From: the human T2T-CHM13v2.0 reference genome, Homo sapiens
DNA: 64,000 nt
NCBI RefSeq assembly: GCF_009914755.1
Contig: NC_060936.1
Direction: 5' to 3' (one strand)
Shown here piece after piece: positions 1-15,106 of this stretch. The number at the start of each line of letters is the position of its first letter. Position 1 is the first letter of the stretch. The notes below the pieces were generated by a model. That model was not told where the DNA came from. It did not search any database and saw only the letters and a list, made by a program, of their open reading frames with translations. Position numbers and translations under genes: made by a program.

Positions 1-151
1 CTTCAGCAGCAAACAAATAAAAAGTGCAGTCTGGCTCTTACACGTGGGCACGGTGGGTCTCTGCCCTGGCCCCACACTTCGGAGGACCCCGCTCCAGTGT
101 TCCTCTGCCCTTGCATTATCATTTACCTGTGTTCCTCCCTGTGAAGGAGGC

Positions 152-562
152 TATGATGAGCTGAATTATGTCTCCTTAAAAATGCATCTGTTGAAGCCCT
201 AACCCCCAATATCTCAGAATGTGACTGCGTTTGGAGATAGGACCTTTTAAAGAGATGATTAAGTTAAAATGAGTCTATTAGGTTGGCCCTAATACAGTCT
301 GACTGGTGTGGTGGTAAGAAGACATTTGGACACACAGAGGCACCAGCGATGCGTGTGCACGGAGGAAAGACCATGAGAGGCCTCGGTGAGAAAGAGAGAA
401 GAAGGCTGACCCCAACCAAGAGAGGGGCCTCTGGAGAAACCAAACCTGCTGACACCTTCATCTTAGACTTTTAGCCCCCAGACTGTGATAAAATAAATTT
501 CTGTTATTAAAGCCATGCAGTCTGTGGCATTTTGTTATGGCAACCCCAGCAGACTAATTCAC
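152..562 (+). mobile_element. MaLR solo LTR (MLT1A/B-like)
   Basis: Contains cagaatgtgactgcgtttggagatagg, gacaccttcatcttagactt, aataaatttctgtt and a gactaattcaca end. Confidence 0.85.
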
Positions 563-799
563 AGGCCAACGGGAGGTGTCCACCAAGGCTTTGGTATCCA
601 CTTCTAGACTATGCTCCACAGAGCTGGACCCGAGAATCCTCTGCACAATGGCCCCAGGACTATTTCCAGAGCAGTAAGGGCCTCTACCTTGAGGCTGACC
701 TCCCAAGAGAGGACCATGAAGCCCATGTACCCAGCCTGGCCCAGAGAGGCACCCAGGGAGTAGCTGTTTGCAGGGAATCTAAGCAGAGCTGGCTTCTGA

Positions 800-932
800 G
801 GACAGGTGTTTGCATGCAGACAGGTGAGGCCTCCACAATTGCAGAAGAAAGATGCGGGAGGGAGGGGACAGGTGTTTGCATGCAGACAGGTGAGGCCTCT
901 CCAATTGCAGGAGAAAGATGCGGGAGGCAGGG
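800..932. repeat. Two-copy 66-bp tandem duplication
   Basis: GGACAGGTGTTTGCATGCAGACAGGTGAGGCCTC... at 800 and 866. Seen as a 22-aa repeat in the overlapping ORFs. Confidence 0.95.
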
Positions 933-1076
933 AAGGTGAGCAACCCACCGCCGGGCATCAAGGCTGAGGCTGGCTTTCGCTGTTGTATGTACCATGTCCT
1001 GTGCAACTACAGGGAGTCAAAGGGTTTTCCACTGGAGCCTGGCTTTCTGGGTTGTTATGCAGGCATAGTGTCAAAG

Positions 1077-1604
1077 TGAGGAAAGAGACCAGCAGGATTT
1101 GTTTTCCGGTGACAACCCCGTTGACCAAAACAGGATCTGGTGCCGTCAGGATAAAGTGAAAGAACCGGCAGAACCAGCAGATGGTGACAAAAGCCATCCC
1201 CAGCTGCCCTCATTGCTCATTGGCATAAGAGGCTCCCACCAGCATCGTGACAGTTTACAAACACCATGGGAACACATTGGAAGTTGTCACCCCTTTCCTT
1301 GGCAACAACCTGGAAATTACTGTCCCTTTCCTAGAAAGTTCTAACTCACCCACCCTTTAATTTGCTGTAGCCCTCCCCTTAATTTGCACATAATTAAAAG
1401 TAGGTATAAATGCAATTGCCAAGAGCCCGTACATTGTCAACTCTGGGTGCACTGCCTGAGTTAGTCCTGCCCCACAAGGAGCAGTACCATTCAGTAAAAC
1501 ATTCCTGTCTAACACCACCAGCTTGCCCTTGAATTCTTTCCTAGGCAAAGCCGAGAACCCTTCCAACCTAAGCCCCAACTTTGGGGCTCACCTGTCCTAC
1601 ATTG
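1077..1604 (+). mobile_element. ERV1 solo LTR, MER41-related (subfamily uncertain)
   Basis: ctcccaccagc..tgacagtttacaaa..ccatgg block shared with MER41-type LTRs, TATAAA near 1405, AGTAAA, and a gaattctttcct..gccgagaaccc U5 end. Confidence 0.75.
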
Positions 1605-3014
1605 AAGGCAAGGATAGGGAACGCATTTTGTTTGTTCACCTGATTAGTAACCTTTAAGCATTTACATCTGTGGCAGGTGGACCTCCACTGATGCTCTCAC
1701 TTTGGGCCCCACAAATGTCTGGGGTGAGGCCAATGGTACCCAATCGAATGGGAGTTTGAGACTCCATTAGCCCTTGGGCGGCCCCGTTTTCATCTTCCTG
1801 ATACTGATGGTGAGCTGGGCCAAGAGACACTCTGGAACCTTCAGGCTGCCTCTTCTCCCACTTGAATAGAAAAGCCCAGTGCATCTGAGGAGTCACAAGT
1901 GATATTTGCCGAAGGGATATTTTAAAAAGCAAACCCGGGATGGCCTCTCCAGGAGCAAGACAGAGAAGGGGGATTTCAATCAGGGAAGTGGGTTGAACTC
2001 AAAAGAGCGTGCCTCTCATTTGCAATGGCCAGGGCTCACCAGCATTGTGGGGGGAAGTGGTGTTACCATGGAAACCTCTTTCGGGCTTTGTGGTCCGTAC
2101 TCAGGCTCTTCTCACTCATGAAGTCCGAATTTGTATTTCATAAAAATTTTAATATGTTCTAATTATTCTGAAGCTGCTGCCTCCGTAATTGATTTTCATG
2201 TAAAAGAACACAATTTCCCTGCATTTCCTGGCCAAAGTGTAATTGTGCCTATTTCAGAAACAAGTTTATCAATACTTTCATCGACATGTACCCAAAACAG
2301 AGGGTCAAAGTTCTTTTTCCTTTTCTTCAGGGAATAAGCACAGCAAATGTGTATTATCCAGAAGGGACCCTGAGTGAGGCTGCAGTTACAGGCCCTCATT
2401 AGGGATTTTCTACCGTAAGAAAGGAGAAATTCTAAACTAAGCTTGCTTTATTTTTTTCCAGCAGAACATTTACTACACAAATACCCGGAATAATACTGGA
2501 ACATATTCACTCATAACTGCAGGCTTCAGGGTTATATAATTCCATTTCATGAGAATCACAGAAATGCAGAGAGTGAGAATGATGACCTCTCTCCCTTTGG
2601 AAGCACAAACCTGAGTGTAAATGTTAAGCCTTGGTGAGTAGGCAAAAATAAAATTAACTCCCAGATATCTCAGGCCTCCTCAGTGCAGGTCCTTCTGTGT
2701 GTGAAAAATTGGCTTTTAAGGGGAGAGATTCATGCTTGATAAATAAAGCCTAATTTGGAAATCTCTGCAGAGCTTTTGGACCAAGGATCAACCCCCTGCC
2801 TGTCTTCATTCTAATGTGGTTAAAACACCAATGGCCATTCATTCACTTTGTCTCTGAAGGAAACATGATGATATTATTAGCAGAGAGCTAGAAACTGGAG
2901 TGGAAGGGAAAACACGTAAGAACAGCAGAACTGGAGAAGATGAAATAAGACAGAAAGGGAGACAAGGAGTAGAGGGGAGAAAGAACAGAAAGTCTTACCT
3001 GATTTCTATATGAG

Positions 3015-3850
<836 letters not shown>

Positions 3851-4727
3851 GATGAAGACGACAGGGCTTTACCTAATGACTTAACCCTCAGAGAATCAGT
3901 ATGTTTCAGAGGCCAAATGCTGCTCACCCCTACAACCCCACGACTGTTTGTGAATGACTCCAGCTGCGTTTGCCTCCCTTTCCCAACGAGCACCTGGCGC
4001 AGGAGTGATTATAAGCAACCGCGTCTCATTCACTCCTGGACCCTACACACACTGGTATTAAGAAAATGTTTATTTTGAAAAGGGATTCAGAAGTGGCTAT
4101 ATTTATTTTTATATTTCCTCTTGCCCTAGTTAATATTTTTGTGGTCTTGACACCCTGTCTTTAAGAAAATGACACATCGCCCTTTTCATTTCCCTTCTCT
4201 TCACCCCCAACTGTTTGTGAGCCCAAGGTGCTTGGAAAAGATAACAGGGTCTTTAATATGATGTAAATGTAGGGGGTTTTTCTAGGTGGACGGCTCTGGG
4301 ATGTTGTCAGATCAGTGAGGTGGGGGGTCCGCATGTGCTCACCTGGGCAATGCTGAAATAGTTTATAAAAGCTGTGTTCAGCCTTCATCAGAGCAAATAA
4401 CAACCTCTCCAAACGGAAAGTAAATCAATAGCAGCTGAAGACTGGGTTTTCCTGGTTCAGAGACAGACAATGTTAATGCTATGCTCCTCTCTGATTCCCT
4501 TTTACATTTCTGCAGACACTGGTTTAGAAGAGTTAGCAGAGAAAATGGTGTGTTTTGGAGAAATGCTCACCCTGCCCCACAGAGACAGGTGCATTTAAGA
4601 AGATAGTTTTACATTCTGAACCAGCAGGACTTGAGACACACTTTACACTGTGTTATCAGGAACCAAAATGGTATAAAATCTAGCTAATTTTTCAGGAATT
4701 TCCTTTGCTAAATTTATACACATGCAA

Positions 4728-4734
4728 ACACACA

Positions 4735-4776
<42 letters not shown>
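4728..4776. repeat. (CA)n microsatellite
   Basis: About 20 uninterrupted CA units plus a short interrupted flank. Confidence 0.97.
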
Positions 4777-4778
<2 letters not shown>

Positions 4779-5915
4779 TCCTAGGATCCCAGACAGCTCA
4801 GCTTCTCCAGGGCCACACACTAACAAGCAAAAATAAGCAAAGGAAGATAAAATAGTCCAGCAGCTAGAAGTAATGTTTTAAGAACAGCTTTAATTAAGAT
4901 CAAATTTTTGTTGTTGTTGCCAAGATTAGAGGTTGATTCCAGCTACTGAGCTTGGTAAAGTTTCTTTCGAGCATATTGGGGAGTTTGTGGAATCCTTGGC
5001 GGGACTGGAGAACTTACATTGAAGCCGATTTCCAGGAACCATGTCCAAAATCACACAGCAGGCCTGGCCAGATGGGGAAAGCTATAGAGCTCTTACTGAC
5101 CCACTGGGCACAGAGGGCCCCTAGCACAGGCGTGAAGACCCCCAACCTGAGGGACATCACCTCTGCACCAGGAACTTGGCCATATATATAGTCACTGAGA
5201 GAATAGCCACTGCTTCTCCCACCACCAAAAGCCAAACCCATCTTCAACCAACGGGGCCAACAAAAAATGGCAGTGCCAGGCTGGGCTTCCTTCTCACATT
5301 GTTCCCCTTAGAACTAAAGTCTCATCCCAGGGAATTCCATCAAATCACAGCTCAGGCTCACTCTGGCTGGGGGAAGCAATCTGCCATGGTCCTGGGGCAT
5401 CTTTGTGTGTCCTTGCTGCAAGGATAGCGTCCCCTGATACTGAGCACTGTCTGCAGATGGTATGGAGGCAACCAAGGAGGCTGAGGTGCCCACAGAGTGA
5501 CTGCCAGGCACCTGCGAACTCCACAGGGACGGGGACTGGTTCGTTGGCCGCGCGCTACCACAGGCCTGCAGCCCTGGGCTTCCCAGCTGCGGGGCATCCT
5601 GCTTTGTGGGTAGCCACTGCACCGTGGCATTTGGGAGAGAGAAGCGGGCTCTGTGATGCTGAGGCTCTCTCCATTTCCTGTACCCTGTGAGTGACAAACG
5701 CCTTGCTCCGATTCCAGCTTGTTGTCTATTTTTGGCAACTTGCTGGCCAGCCTCCACATTGACATTGGGGCCTAGTTCCCGCTCCTCTCCTCTGTGAGGC
5801 TGGGGCCCTTCCCCGACGGCCAGTGTCTCAGCAACAGCGCAGGGTGGGGGAGTCTGGACATGTGGGCTCTGACCCCTAAAGTGGGAAAGTGAGATTCATC
5901 ATGTGAGGCTTCCCT

Positions 5916-6399
5916 TGTGGAGGCTGAACAAAGATGTCCATGTCCTGCAGCCTGGAATTTGTGAAAATGTCACCTTCATGGCCAAAGGAACTTGGTAGCT
6001 GTGATTGAGTTCAGGATTGTGAGATTCTCCTGGGTTCCCCAGGTGGGCGTGGTGTAGTCACAGGGGTCCTTGCAATAAAGGGAAGCACATGCATCAATCA
6101 GAGGAAGGTAAGACTCCCGTAGGAGGACACAGAGAGAGGACACTTAGCTGGTTTCAGGACGCAGAAGGGGCCATGAGCCCAGGAACGCCGGCAGCCTCTC
6201 AAAGCTGGAAAAGACAAGAAAAGGGCTCCTGTCCAGAGCCTCCTGAAGAAACGCAGCCCCACAGACACCTTGAGGATGAGCAGCCCCTTGAGATGCACTC
6301 TGACTCCTGACCTGCAGAACTGTGAAATGATAAGTGTGTGTCATCTTCAGCCACTTCAGTTGGTGGTATCTGTTACATCAGCAATGGGAAACTAAGACA
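5916..6399 (+). mobile_element. MLT1D-like MaLR LTR
   Basis: aaagatgtccatgtcc at the start, ccatgagcccaggaa internally, gcaatgggaaactaagaca at the end. Confidence 0.8.
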
Positions 6400-6455
6400 T
6401 CCCCTAAATGTAAAAAGGCTATTCAAAAGATAATGTATAAAAACTAGAAAGCACA

Positions 6456-6962
<507 letters not shown>

Positions 6963-8037
6963 TCAACATGATTAAAATCAGTCTCTCTCCACCACAGCCC
7001 TCTCCCCTGAACCCCTCCGCCCTCCCATGTTTCTCTCCAGCCTTTCCTCCAAGCCAACTGGGAACTCGCCTGGAAAAAATAGAACTCTCTGTAGATGGAA
7101 GAGGATGGAAGTGAAAGAAAAAAAAAAGTTCTTTATTTGGAGCCATGCAGTGAAAGCAATTATTTGATATTTCTGGAGTACATTTTGCCTTTGCTTTATG
7201 AAATAGAGAAAATGGTTTTTAAAAATGCAAAATATGGTTACTATATGGCTATGAGACACATGTTTTTAATAAGATCGGGGTGAGGACAGGTGACTGTTTT
7301 CAGGTATGTGAATAGTTGCTGCAAATACATCATAAAGACGGTGCCTGGAAGGTGAGCTGTAATTACAGATCCTAGAATGTCATGTGATGATTTTTTACCG
7401 AGAACACACATTCCCCAGGTCCCAGGTTACTGACACATAAGTCTACTGTTTGGCTTTTGACCATATTTTCAGTAATTAGGTAGGAGGATGCAGGGCTGCC
7501 TGGGATGAAATGATGGAAAGTTCTGGAGTCCAGTGGGTGTAAGTTTCCATCAAGCTCCACAACTCTCTGGTTATTTTAAGAGTGCTAGAGTTTGGGTTGT
7601 AAGTAACATGAATTGGAATTATGTGAATACAAAAAGAAAGTTGAGAGGATCAATTATCAGCAAAACTTTTCAAAATATAATCCCTTAAAGTCAAAAATGT
7701 ATCAGGAGTCACATAAATTTAAAGCTGTCAAATAAAGTCCATTGAGACCTGCCTGCTGTCTACTGACACATTTTGGTACCGTATTTTACCAGGTGGACAA
7801 AATTAGCCCCCAACAGTTGTCAGGAAAGTCTTGAATTAAATGTTGAAGTACACCCAGGTATTGGAAATGCATGTTTCCCCAAAGAGTAATTATGTTCAAT
7901 TCTAACACAAATTCTTAAATACAGAAATTCTAGTGGCTGTTAAACATTTGACAAGATTTTCAATTGCACTAAGGATGGGAGGGAAAAAATTATGACAAAT
8001 AATTTGGGGCTTCTAGGGTTACCAAAGATTAAAACAT

Positions 8038-8180
8038 GGCCAGGCGTGGTGGTTCATGCCTGTAATCCCAGCACATTAGGAGGCTGAAGCAGGAAGATGT
8101 CTTGAGGCGAGGAGTTCAAGACCAGCCTGGGCAACATAGTGAGACACCATCTCCACTTATATAAATATAAAAAATTAAAA
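8038..8180 (+). mobile_element. FLAM/Alu monomer
   Basis: Left-arm Alu with an A-rich tail and no right arm. Confidence 0.85.
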
Positions 8181-8339
8181 TGTAAAACATGATAATATTC
8201 CAGGCATATGCTGGACACTGTGGTCCTGTGAATGGATGTGACCAGTTTGGAGGGCAATTTAGAAATAGCCCCAAATGTCAAAGGAAAACCTCAGCTCGCA
8301 ATTCTACTCTAACAATATGAAATGGTATTTGAACACATG

Positions 8340-8540
8340 TAGTCTTCCCAACCAGGGGTGCTCACGTGAATCACGGAACATAGAAAGTGGCTTGAGAGAC
8401 TATTTTATCAATTCTCTCGAGGGTGGTTACATAACTAACACCTTTCTAGACCCCTGGGAGAAAAGTTCATTCCTTACATACAATGGATGGCTCAGGGCAA
8501 GAGAGTGTAATTCTCTTGGGAACACTGGTTGAGAAAACTG
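8340..8540. mobile_element. Short hAT-Charlie-like MITE remnant
   Basis: Imperfect TIRs tagtcttcccaacc ... ggttgagaaaactg. Confidence 0.4.
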
Positions 8541-8782
8541 TAGATGTCTAGGAATTCATTGTCACCTTGTTTGTGATGCTGAAAAATGGGAAATGACTGA
8601 TGTAAATGCTTAGCCAAAGGGATAAAGACAGAATGCTACATTCATATAATGGATTAGGAAGCAGCTGGTGACTATGTGAGTATATATGGATATATACTGA
8701 TCCATTAATACTTCCATGATAAGTCGATAAATTTAAAAGAAAGTTATACCCACTAATATGACTTTATTTGAAAAGACATATC

Positions 8783-8912
8783 AGCGGGGTGGCTCTCACC
8801 TGTAATCCCAGCACTTTTGGATGCCAAGGCAAGAGGATCGCTTGAGCCCAGGAGTTTGAGACCAGCCTGGGCAAGATGGTAAGACCATCTCTATAATTAA
8901 TAAATTAATTAA
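8783..8912 (+). mobile_element. FLAM/Alu monomer
   Basis: ggatcgcttgagcccaggagtttgagacc, monomeric. Confidence 0.85.
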
Positions 8913-8919
8913 AAGATCC

Positions 8920-9951
<1,032 letters not shown>

Positions 9952-11749
9952 TAGGGTTGGCTCTATGATAAAAACTGCTGAAACTGTTCTTAAGTGAGGA
10001 ACACAGGAGAGCTCATGATAGACTTCTCTCTACCTTTGTATCTAACAATTTCCAAAACAGAAAAATTTTTTAAGTGAGATATGGCAGATAAAAGTAGCTC
10101 GGCAGAACACTGACAAGAGTTAAAGCTCAGTGGGTGAACATCATCATACTCTTCTCTCTACTTTTGTGTAGGTGTAAAAAATTTAGTTATACCAAGATTT
10201 TTTTCAAGTTAGATGAATAACAATATAAAGATTATAATCCCATTTGAGTTAAAACAATAATGCATTTTATACACACACTGATGTATATACATGTGCCAGG
10301 AAGATGACAAGCAACTCTCAGTGGCTGTCTCTTGGTGGGCTGCGGTGAGGAATGGCTTTGCTTCTACTTGATATATATATATTTTTAATGGTTTGTGTTT
10401 TTACAGCAAGCAGGTATTGTATGCAAAGAAAACATGGAAATAGGTATTTTTTTTAAATTCCACCAATTCTTCCTCATCTCAGTGTCCTCAGCTAGGCCAC
10501 AGGAGTCCCACCCACCAGGCAAAGCTACTGGGAGGTTTAAGGCATTCACACCTCTGGGCCAGCCCCGGAGACACTTAGCTAAGAGACCACACTACAATTC
10601 GAATTCCCTTCTCCTTCCTTCACAGAGTCCTTAATGGCTGGCTATGATTTCAACGCTGGTGAATTACCGGCTATTGGCCCATGTATCTTGCCACCATTTT
10701 TCTTCGTTGTGATATATTCTTTTGGCCCTAGGCCTGAAAATGCTTCTTATAGGTGTGCACCACGTGCATCCATTACAGAATGGCTTGGCGAGTCACAGCG
10801 TGGGGGATGTGTCAGCTCTGGAGCACCGAATGGTTCTCCAGAGGTCTGCAAATTATTACTCTCCCCAACGTGTTTGCCCTTCTCCAAGTGAACACCCCTG
10901 AGTAGACAGGCTCTGACCTCCAAAGGTTTGCTAGACATGCTAGAAACAACTGGGAACGTGCCACGGGCTGTCACGAAGCCCAGGGCCTCAGCGTTAGTTT
11001 GGATAGGACTACCCCTTGCAACCAGGGTCTCATCCAGGTGATTTGAGGCAGGGTCTCTCTCTCTTCCCCCATTACCCAGACAAAATGTTGCCAATAAAGA
11101 CGTTTCTAGTCACGTGGAGGACAGACACCACCACAGCATAAAAGGATTACAGGCTGCACCCTCCACTGCCAAACAGAGTTTTGAAACTGAAGGACATTTT
11201 TGTGAAAAGAAAGACTTTGTCAAGGCTTATGGCAAAACAAGCTTAAATAACCCTGTAATTCATTCCCACCCAGGACCCTGGAATTAAAGTAAATGCACGG
11301 GTAGTCAGTAGGGAGTGAGGCCTCCCCCGTCCCTGTTAACACACATCGAGAGGGAATGGAGCTGGGGAAACCTTTCCCACCTAAAGCAAAACCAGTTTCT
11401 TTACCAAGTAAGAAAACTTCCTTTGTCTTCCATTGTCAATTTTGTCAATTTTGCCAGAAGCAAAAAGAAGAATTTTTTTGTTGTTGGTATGCAACAGCAA
11501 AAAGAACATTGCTTTGCAAAAGCCTGGAATCAAAATATGTGAAGCTGGGGAAAGAAGCAGTTGTCCCCGTGGCTTCATGAAAGTGCAGAGAGCTGGTGGA
11601 GCTGGACTGAGCTGGATTTGAGTCCCTGGCCTGCCCCCTGTGGCAACGAGACATGCCCTGGCCCAGACAAGCTTTTAACTCAGTGCCTGTTCAGGTTCTT
11701 TGGTCATTCGACATTGTTTTTAATAGGAGGAGGGAAACAAACTGATTTT

Positions 11750-11920
11750 CCTATTCATTCATTCATTCATCCACCCATTCATTCATTCGAGAAGCATTCT
11801 ATGTGCAAAGTTCAGTTCTAGGCAAGGTAGAAGCTGCAATTAATAAAACAAGCAAACTCCTGAAGTCATGGATCTTCAATTTTACTAGAGAAAGATAGAG
11901 AATAAGGAAGCAAATAAATA
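11750..11920 (-). mobile_element. L2 3' end
   Basis: (CATT)n tail followed by L2-type sequence. Confidence 0.6.
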
Positions 11921-11929
11921 ACTGATACT

Positions 11930-12250
11930 ACCCATAAAAAGTTATGAGGCTATGCTGCAATGTGGAAGAAATTTGAAAGCATTACACTAAGTGAAAGAAG
12001 CTAGTCGCCAAAAAAAAAAAAAAAAAACCCACATATTGAATGACACCATTTATATGAACCGCCAAAGACATGCAAATCCAGAGAGACAGAAAGTAGATTC
12101 ATGGTTTTCAGGGACTGGGAAGGGAGAAACAGGGAGTGGCTGTTCATAGGCACTGAGCTTCCTTCTTGGGTGATGAAAATGGTTCTAAAATTGATGAATT
12201 GGTGAAATAGATGAGCTGTGATGTCTGAGTTATGTCTGGATGAAGCTGTT
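11930..12250 (+). mobile_element. L1MB 3' fragment
   Basis: cattacactaagtgaaagaagc and agacagaaagtagatt motifs. Confidence 0.8.
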
Positions 12251-12269
12251 GAGCAAGAGTTAGGATGGT

Positions 12270-13595
12270 AGCTGTGTAAGTTATCACTGGGTCACCTGCT
12301 GTCCCAAGGTGTAGTGACTCGGCAACACATGCTCATTATTGATCCTGAGAATATGGGTCAGTTGGGTGGCTCGGTGGATCTTGGCTGGTTGCTCACAGTC
12401 CAGTCATCTGGAGAGATGGCTGAGTAACCCAGGATGGGCTCACTCACATGCCTGCTGGGTGACTTGCTGTCTGCTGGGGCAAATGGGGTTACTAGGTCCA
12501 TGTGTCATTGTCCCCAGGCCAGTCTGGGCTTGTTCATATGACAACCCCCAGAGTCTGAGAAATGTCAGCGGTGTGTAAGGTTTCTGGAGGCCTCAGAACA
12601 GACACAGCATCACTTCTGCCCCCTCCTCTAGGACAAAGCAAGTCACAAGGCCAGCTCTGAGACAAGAGGTGTAGATTATTTTTCAACACCTTTATTAAGA
12701 TGTTGTATTAGTCCTTTCTCACACTGCTCTAAGGGCATACCTGAGACTGGGTAATTTATAAAGGAAAGAGATTTACTTGACTTACAGTTCTGCAGGGATG
12801 GGGAGACCTCAGGAAGTTTACAACCATGACAGAAGGGGAAGAAAACATGTCCTTCTTCACATGGTGGCGGCAAAGAGAAGTGCAGAGTGAAGTTGAGGGA
12901 GCATCCCTTATAAAACCATCAGATCTCCTGAGAACTCACTCACTATCATGAGAACAGGATGGGGGAAACTGCCCCCATGAGTAAATTATCTCCACCTGGT
13001 CCCTCCCACAACACGTGGGGATTATGGGAACTACAATTCAAGATGAGATTTGGGTGGGGACATAAACTATATCAGGTGTAATTCACATACCACCTATTTC
13101 CCTCATTTAAGGAATACAATTCAACAGATTTTAGTAAATTGAGTGTTATGCATACACCACCGCAGTCAACTTGGGAACTTTCTCATTATCCCCAAAGAAA
13201 CCCTTCACCTCTAGTCATTACCCCCAAACTCCCCAATCCCCCCGGCTCTCCCCCACAGACCTTGGCAACCACAAATCTCCTTTCTGTCTCTATGGATTTG
13301 CATATTCTGGACATTTCACATAAGCGGAATCATAGAATAGGAGGCCCTTTGTGTCTGGCTTTCTTCACTCTTAGCATGATGTTCTCAAGGTGCATCCATA
13401 CTGTGGTATGTATCAATGCTTCCTTCTTTTTAGGGCTATGTGTAATATCCCATTGTAGGGATGCCTCACATTTAAGAGGTGCATAGTTTTGAAATAGGCT
13501 CCACGTGTTTATGAAGGAGCTGCAAAGTCATATTGCAAGGAGCGTGGATACAGAAAGGGGGAGAATTGAGGCCATTTTGGCAAACAGTCTACCCA
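12270..13595 (-). mobile_element. MLT1G/H-like LTR split by L1MB (12676-13470), itself split by a THE1/MST LTR
   Basis: caaagcaagtcacaaggccag before the L1 and aaataggctccac..gagctgcaaagtcatattgc after it. Imperfect TSD aagaggtg. Confidence 0.75.
12704..13073 (-). mobile_element. THE1D/MSTA-like LTR
   Basis: tgtattagtcc...ctgagactgggtaatttataaaggaaagag...actatatca. TSD gatgt/ggtgt. Confidence 0.9.
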
Positions 13596-13916
13596 GCAGC
13601 ATCAGTTCATTTATTGCTTTTTGCTTGCATTGATTTTGTTACAGGTGATAATGTTCCCAGTCCCAGGTAATGAATCATGATTGGACCAAGCCAAGCAAGG
13701 CTGTCTCATTCCTTTTGCCAATGACTCATCCAGAGGAAACATGTGACACAGTTCTGGCCAATGATGAGTAAGGAGAGTCTTCCAGCATCTCTGAGAAAGC
13801 ATTTCTTCCCTCGTAGAGAAAGAGCTGCACCTTTTGTCTCCTTTTTGAAGGGTTTTCGAGGGTCATTTTGACCATGCATGATTTTTGCTTTATGCACCAT
13901 CTATACAGCTATCACT

Positions 13917-14630
13917 GTGTGTACCGAGTTGAAAAGTGAGTGCCTCAAAAGACTCAGACCCTCAGAATGTGACCTTATGTGGAAACAGGATCTTCACAGT
14001 TATAATCATGTTAGGATAAAGTCCTCCTAGATTAGGGTGCTTCCTAATCCAATGACTGGTGCTCTTCTAAGAAGACAGAAAAACAGGCTGGGTGCGGGGA
14101 CTCATACCTGTGATCCCAGCACTGTGGGAGGCTAAGGCAGGAGGATGGCTTGAGCCCAGGAATTCGAGACCATCCTGGGCAACATAGTGAAACATCATCT
14201 CTACAAAAATGTTTGAAATTATTAGAGTGTAATCGTGCGTGCTTGTGGTCCTAGCTACTCAGGAGGCTGAGATGGGAGGATTGTTTAACCCTAGGAGGTC
14301 AAGGCTACAGTGAGCCATGTTCATGCCACTGCACTCCAACAGCCTGGGCAACAGAGCGAGACCCTGTCTCAACAGAAAAAAAAAAAAAAGATTCTAAAAA
14401 AAAGAAAGAAAAAGAAGAGAGAAACAGACACAGAAATACCTGGGAGAATGGGAGAACATCACATGAAGACAGAGCAGGGATTGGAGTGATGTGTCTACAA
14501 GCCAAGGGAAACTGGCCTGCCAACACCTGGATTTCTAACTTGCGGCCTCCAGAACGGTGAGGAAATACGTTTCTGATGTTTTACAGCACACAGGGTGCTT
14601 TGTTACAGCAGCCCTAGGAAACTAATCCAC
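13917..14630 (+). mobile_element. MLT1B/C LTR interrupted by AluJ (14086-14415)
   Basis: cctcagaatgtgacctta before the Alu, tttgttacagcagccctaggaaactaa at the end. Confidence 0.8.
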
Positions 14631-14656
14631 CATGTTATTCCATTATTTAAGAAATA

Positions 14657-14950
14657 GGCCGGGTGCAGTGGCTCACGCGTGTAATCCCAGCACTTTGGGG
14701 AATCGAGGTGGGTGGATCACTGGAGGTCAGCAGTTCGAGACAATCCTGACCAACATGGTGAAACCCCATCTCTACTAAAAATACAAAAATTAGCTGGGTG
14801 TGGTGATGGGCACCTGTAGTCCCAGCTACTCAGGAGGCTGAGTCAGGAGAATAACTTGAACCTGGGAGGCGGAGGTTGCAGTAAGCCAAGATTGTGCCAC
14901 CGCATTCCAGCCTGGACAACAGAGCGAGACTCCATCTAGAAAAAAAAAAG
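14657..14950 (+). mobile_element. AluSx
   Basis: Full dimer. Confidence 0.95.
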
Positions 14951-14979
14951 GAGAAGGAAGGAAGGAAGGAAGGAAGGAA

Positions 14980-15045
<66 letters not shown>

Positions 15046-15106
15046 AGGAAGGAAGGGAGAAGGGAGAAAGAAGAAAGAAGGAAGAAAGGAAAAGAAAAGA
15101 AAGAAA
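14951..15106. repeat. Compound (GAAG)n/(GAAA)n STR grown from the Alu tail
   Basis: About 155 bp of pure purine with a long GAAA run. Confidence 0.97.

Noticed and set aside
800-932. CRISPR-like or other prokaryotic repeat/defence system
   Set aside because: Only two adjacent units with no spacers. The window is clearly primate nuclear DNA with no operons, cas genes, tRNA or rRNA.
5314-5765. Overlapping 147-aa and 135-aa minus-strand ORFs
   Set aside because: Several frames are open at once in GC-rich DNA, and no homology is recognised.
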